Assembly: GCA_964429805.1 (NCBI GenBank)
Contig: CAYSDH010000019.1
Span: 1-16,549 of the forward strand
Source: an uncultured Flavobacteriales bacterium
GTDB taxonomy: Bacteria > Bacteroidota > Bacteroidia > Flavobacteriales_D > JABDKJ01
Direction: 5' to 3'
DNA: 16,549 bases
Part shown: positions 14,471 through 16,549 of the stretch, piece by piece
How positions within the stretch are numbered: the first letter of the stretch is position 1
Layout of the letters: every line of letters starts with the position of its first letter
Made by a program: the position numbers and the translations under genes
Notes under the pieces: generated by a model
Seen by the model: only the letters and a program-made list of their open reading frames with translations
What the model was told of the DNA's origin: nothing
The model's database searches: none

Positions 14471-15268
14471 TCAAGACACCTCCATATAAAAAATAATGCC
14501 GGCCATGATGATGATGAACACGGCAAAACCTTTTTTCAGTTTTCGTCCGTTGATGTATCTGTTTAAGTGGGTGCCAAGCAGTATGCCAATCACAGTCACT
14601 GCCGTTATGGTAAAGAGAAACTGCCAATCAATAACCCGCAATTGAAGGTCGGCTAAAAACCCCACCAGAGATTTCATAGCGATAATAAACAGCGATGTAC
14701 CAATGGCAACCTTGACAGGGAGCCTAGCTAGAAAAATCAGCGCAGGTACTATTAAGAATCCACCACCGGAGCCAACTAGCCCGGTCACCAGACCGATTAG
14801 TATTCCTTGAAAAGAAACCTTCGCATAATTTAAATTGACGACTTCTGAGCCATCAGGATCTTCACGCTTGGTAGTCAGCATAGAGTAAGCAGCCGCGAGC
14901 ATGACAAATGCGAAAAAGAAAATAATGGCCATGTTCTTAGCCAATACATAGTCACCCCAGAGGGGTATGAGGTCTGGAATAGCGGGGAGCACATACACAC
15001 GTGCGAGTAACACACCCAGTATGGTGGGAATTCCAAAAATCACGGCATTCTTCTTAGAGATGGTCTTTGATTTATGATTGCGATACGTGCCTACACATGC
15101 TGCCACACCAACTATGAAAAGTGCGTAAGCCGTAGATAGCTCAGTGTCTACACCCATGGCGTACACCATGACCGGCACTAGGATAATACCGCCACCACCA
15201 CCAACTAGTCCCATGACCACTCCGGCCAGGAGGGCAAACACTAGTCCCATGATCATCAAAAACTCCAT
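14471..15268 (-). CDS. TauE/SafE family sulfite/organosulfonate exporter (DUF81 membrane protein)
   Basis: A 265-aa polytopic membrane protein with duplicated halves. Each half starts with a glycine-rich motif (GLVGGGGGIILVP and GLVGSGGGFLIVP), as is characteristic of TauE/SafE. Confidence 0.85.
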   Translation of the reverse strand: MEFLMIMGLVFALLAGVVMGLVGGGGGIILVPVMVYAMGVDTELSTAYALFIVGVAACVGTYRNHKSKTISKKNAVIFGIPTILGVLLARVYVLPAIPDLIPLWGDYVLAKNMAIIFFFAFVMLAAAYSMLTTKREDPDGSEVVNLNYAKVSFQGILIGLVTGLVGSGGGFLIVPALIFLARLPVKVAIGTSLFIIAMKSLVGFLADLQLRVIDWQFLFTITAVTVIGILLGTHLNRYINGRKLKKGFAVFIIIMAGIIFYMEVS

Positions 15269-15297
15269 TAGTTCTATTATCCTAAGGGGTAAAGATG

Positions 15298-16185
15298 TTA
15301 TTTATCCTTAGACGGAACTAGTCCATGTACTATTTGATTACCAAAGGACTTGGGGAATTCTTCTACGCCCTCAAATCCGAGCTCAATGTCTCGTCCGTCA
15401 GACGGAATGTAGCTGGTGCCAAACAGATAGTCCCACAAACTGAGGGAGATGCCAAAGTTGACCCCGCGAAAGCGATCGCTAGGCAGCGCATAGGCGTGAT
15501 GCCAGATGTGCATTACGGGGTTGTTAAAGATATACTTCAATGGCCCGTAGCTCCAGTTGAGGTTGGCATGATTGAGGTGGCCAATGGCGATGGCCGCGTA
15601 AAATACGATGTATGCCTGCTCTGGCGTAAAACCACCAATAAGCATGACGGCAATGTACTTCATGGGGGTGTAAAAGACATTTTCCATCCAGTGGTAACGC
15701 AGGTGAGCCGCAAAGCCCATCTCTTTTACAGAATGATGCACTTTGTGAAAATTCCAGAGGAATTCGAATCGGTGCAACATGCGGTGAGTGAACCACTGCA
15801 CAAAATCTGTAGCCACAAAAAAGATAATCAACTGGAGTGCCCAGTTCATCTCGCTCAAGTCAAACAAGGACAAGCGACTTATGTCTCCTCCGACTAGGTC
15901 TTTAAAGAGACGCTCGGTGACATTTGAGAACGCGAAAAAGATGACAATCTTAAAAATGTAAAAGTTGAAGAACATGTAGAAGGCATCGAGCCAAAAGTCT
16001 TTTCTGAAGATCGATTGATTTTTTCTCCAAGGAAAAAGAATCTCTAACAGCCAGACGGCAAGTGACAGCGCTATGAGCCACCAGAAATAATTGACATACC
16101 AAGGCTCTGTGGCAAATGTTACTTCTGACCACGTGTACTGTGCGTAATGCTTAAACGAATCGATAAAGAGTTCCCAATAATTCAT
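15298..16185 (-). CDS. Sterol desaturase / fatty-acid hydroxylase superfamily membrane protein
   Basis: Three histidine boxes are present: HRMLHRFEFLW, HKVHH and HIWHH. There are multiple TM segments. The length and spacing are typical of the ERG3/ERG25-like FA_hydroxylase family. Confidence 0.85.
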   Translation of the reverse strand: MNYWELFIDSFKHYAQYTWSEVTFATEPWYVNYFWWLIALSLAVWLLEILFPWRKNQSIFRKDFWLDAFYMFFNFYIFKIVIFFAFSNVTERLFKDLVGGDISRLSLFDLSEMNWALQLIIFFVATDFVQWFTHRMLHRFEFLWNFHKVHHSVKEMGFAAHLRYHWMENVFYTPMKYIAVMLIGGFTPEQAYIVFYAAIAIGHLNHANLNWSYGPLKYIFNNPVMHIWHHAYALPSDRFRGVNFGISLSLWDYLFGTSYIPSDGRDIELGFEGVEEFPKSFGNQIVHGLVPSKDK

Positions 16186-16204
16186 CGGGGTAAAGATAAG
16201 AAGC

Positions 16205-16549
16205 TTAGGGCCTCAATGTGCCCATGCCTCCATCAACAGCCATAACCTGACCAGATATCCACGTTGAGCGCTCACTCAAGAGGAGACAGGCCATACTCGC
16301 TATGTCTTCAGCCGTACCGATGCGCTTGAGCGGATGCTTTTGAACAGAGGCTTCGCGCATTTTCTCATTTGACACGATGCGCGCGGCTAGCGGAGTTTCT
16401 GTGAGAGAAGGTGCCACTACATTGACTCTGATTTTGGGCGCTAACTCTGCGGCAAGTGCGCGTGAGAAGCCTTCTACCGCTCCTTTGGCTGCAGCCACAG
16501 AACTGTGAAATGGTAGTCCTAAACTAACGGCTACCGTGCTAAACAGGAC
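16205..16549 (-). CDS. Short-chain dehydrogenase/reductase (SDR) family oxidoreductase, partial (N-terminus beyond the window end)
   Basis: A C-terminal SDR segment: SSVAAAKGAVEGFSRALAAELAPKIRVNVVAPSLTETPL ... GQVMAVDGGM. The frame stays open to the window edge. Confidence 0.8.
   Translation of the reverse strand, partial: VLFSTVAVSLGLPFHSSVAAAKGAVEGFSRALAAELAPKIRVNVVAPSLTETPLAARIVSNEKMREASVQKHPLKRIGTAEDIASMACLLLSERSTWISGQVMAVDGGMGTLRP

Overview
The window looks like a Bacteroidetes chromosome: a T9SS 'VYPNP' C-terminal sorting domain, a DUF2147 protein and weak or absent Shine-Dalgarno sites all point that way. Reading left to right, on the minus strand there is a three-gene unit. Its first gene is an unusual 574-aa fusion of an HTH + WYL + WCX regulator to a PhyH-like Fe(II)/2OG dioxygenase. 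Its second gene is a Tet/TCR-like MFS efflux pump. Its third is a DUF2147 protein that is cut off at the window start. Next comes a cluster of decayed tRNA-like fragments, then a soluble SPFH/band-7 protein gene. A tightly packed plus-strand tRNA array (Lys-TTT, Asn-GTT, Asp-GTC, Gln-TTG) follows. It leads directly into rtcB (the RNA 3'-phosphate/5'-OH ligase) and two translationally coupled pol-beta-type nucleotidyltransferase genes. After these is a roughly 1000-aa secreted repeat protein with a T9SS sorting domain. It contains a 729-bp tandem duplication that is 100% identical over 612 bp. A second, minus-strand tRNA array follows (Tyr-GTA, Glu-TTC, a truncated CAT-anticodon pseudo-tRNA, and Ile with the rare TAT anticodon). 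Its spacer hairpin is an inverted homolog of the spacer in the first array. The window ends with a hypothetical membrane protein, a thioredoxin, a TauE/SafE exporter, a sterol-desaturase/fatty-acid-hydroxylase family protein and a partial SDR. The most interesting candidate system is the rtcB plus dual-NTase cassette bracketed by inverted tRNA arrays. Its anticodon set closely matches the known substrates of anticodon nucleases, which suggests a tRNA damage-countermeasure locus (repair plus replacement). The WYL-PhyH fusion upstream of a Tet-like pump is a second candidate for an undescribed sensor/enzyme.
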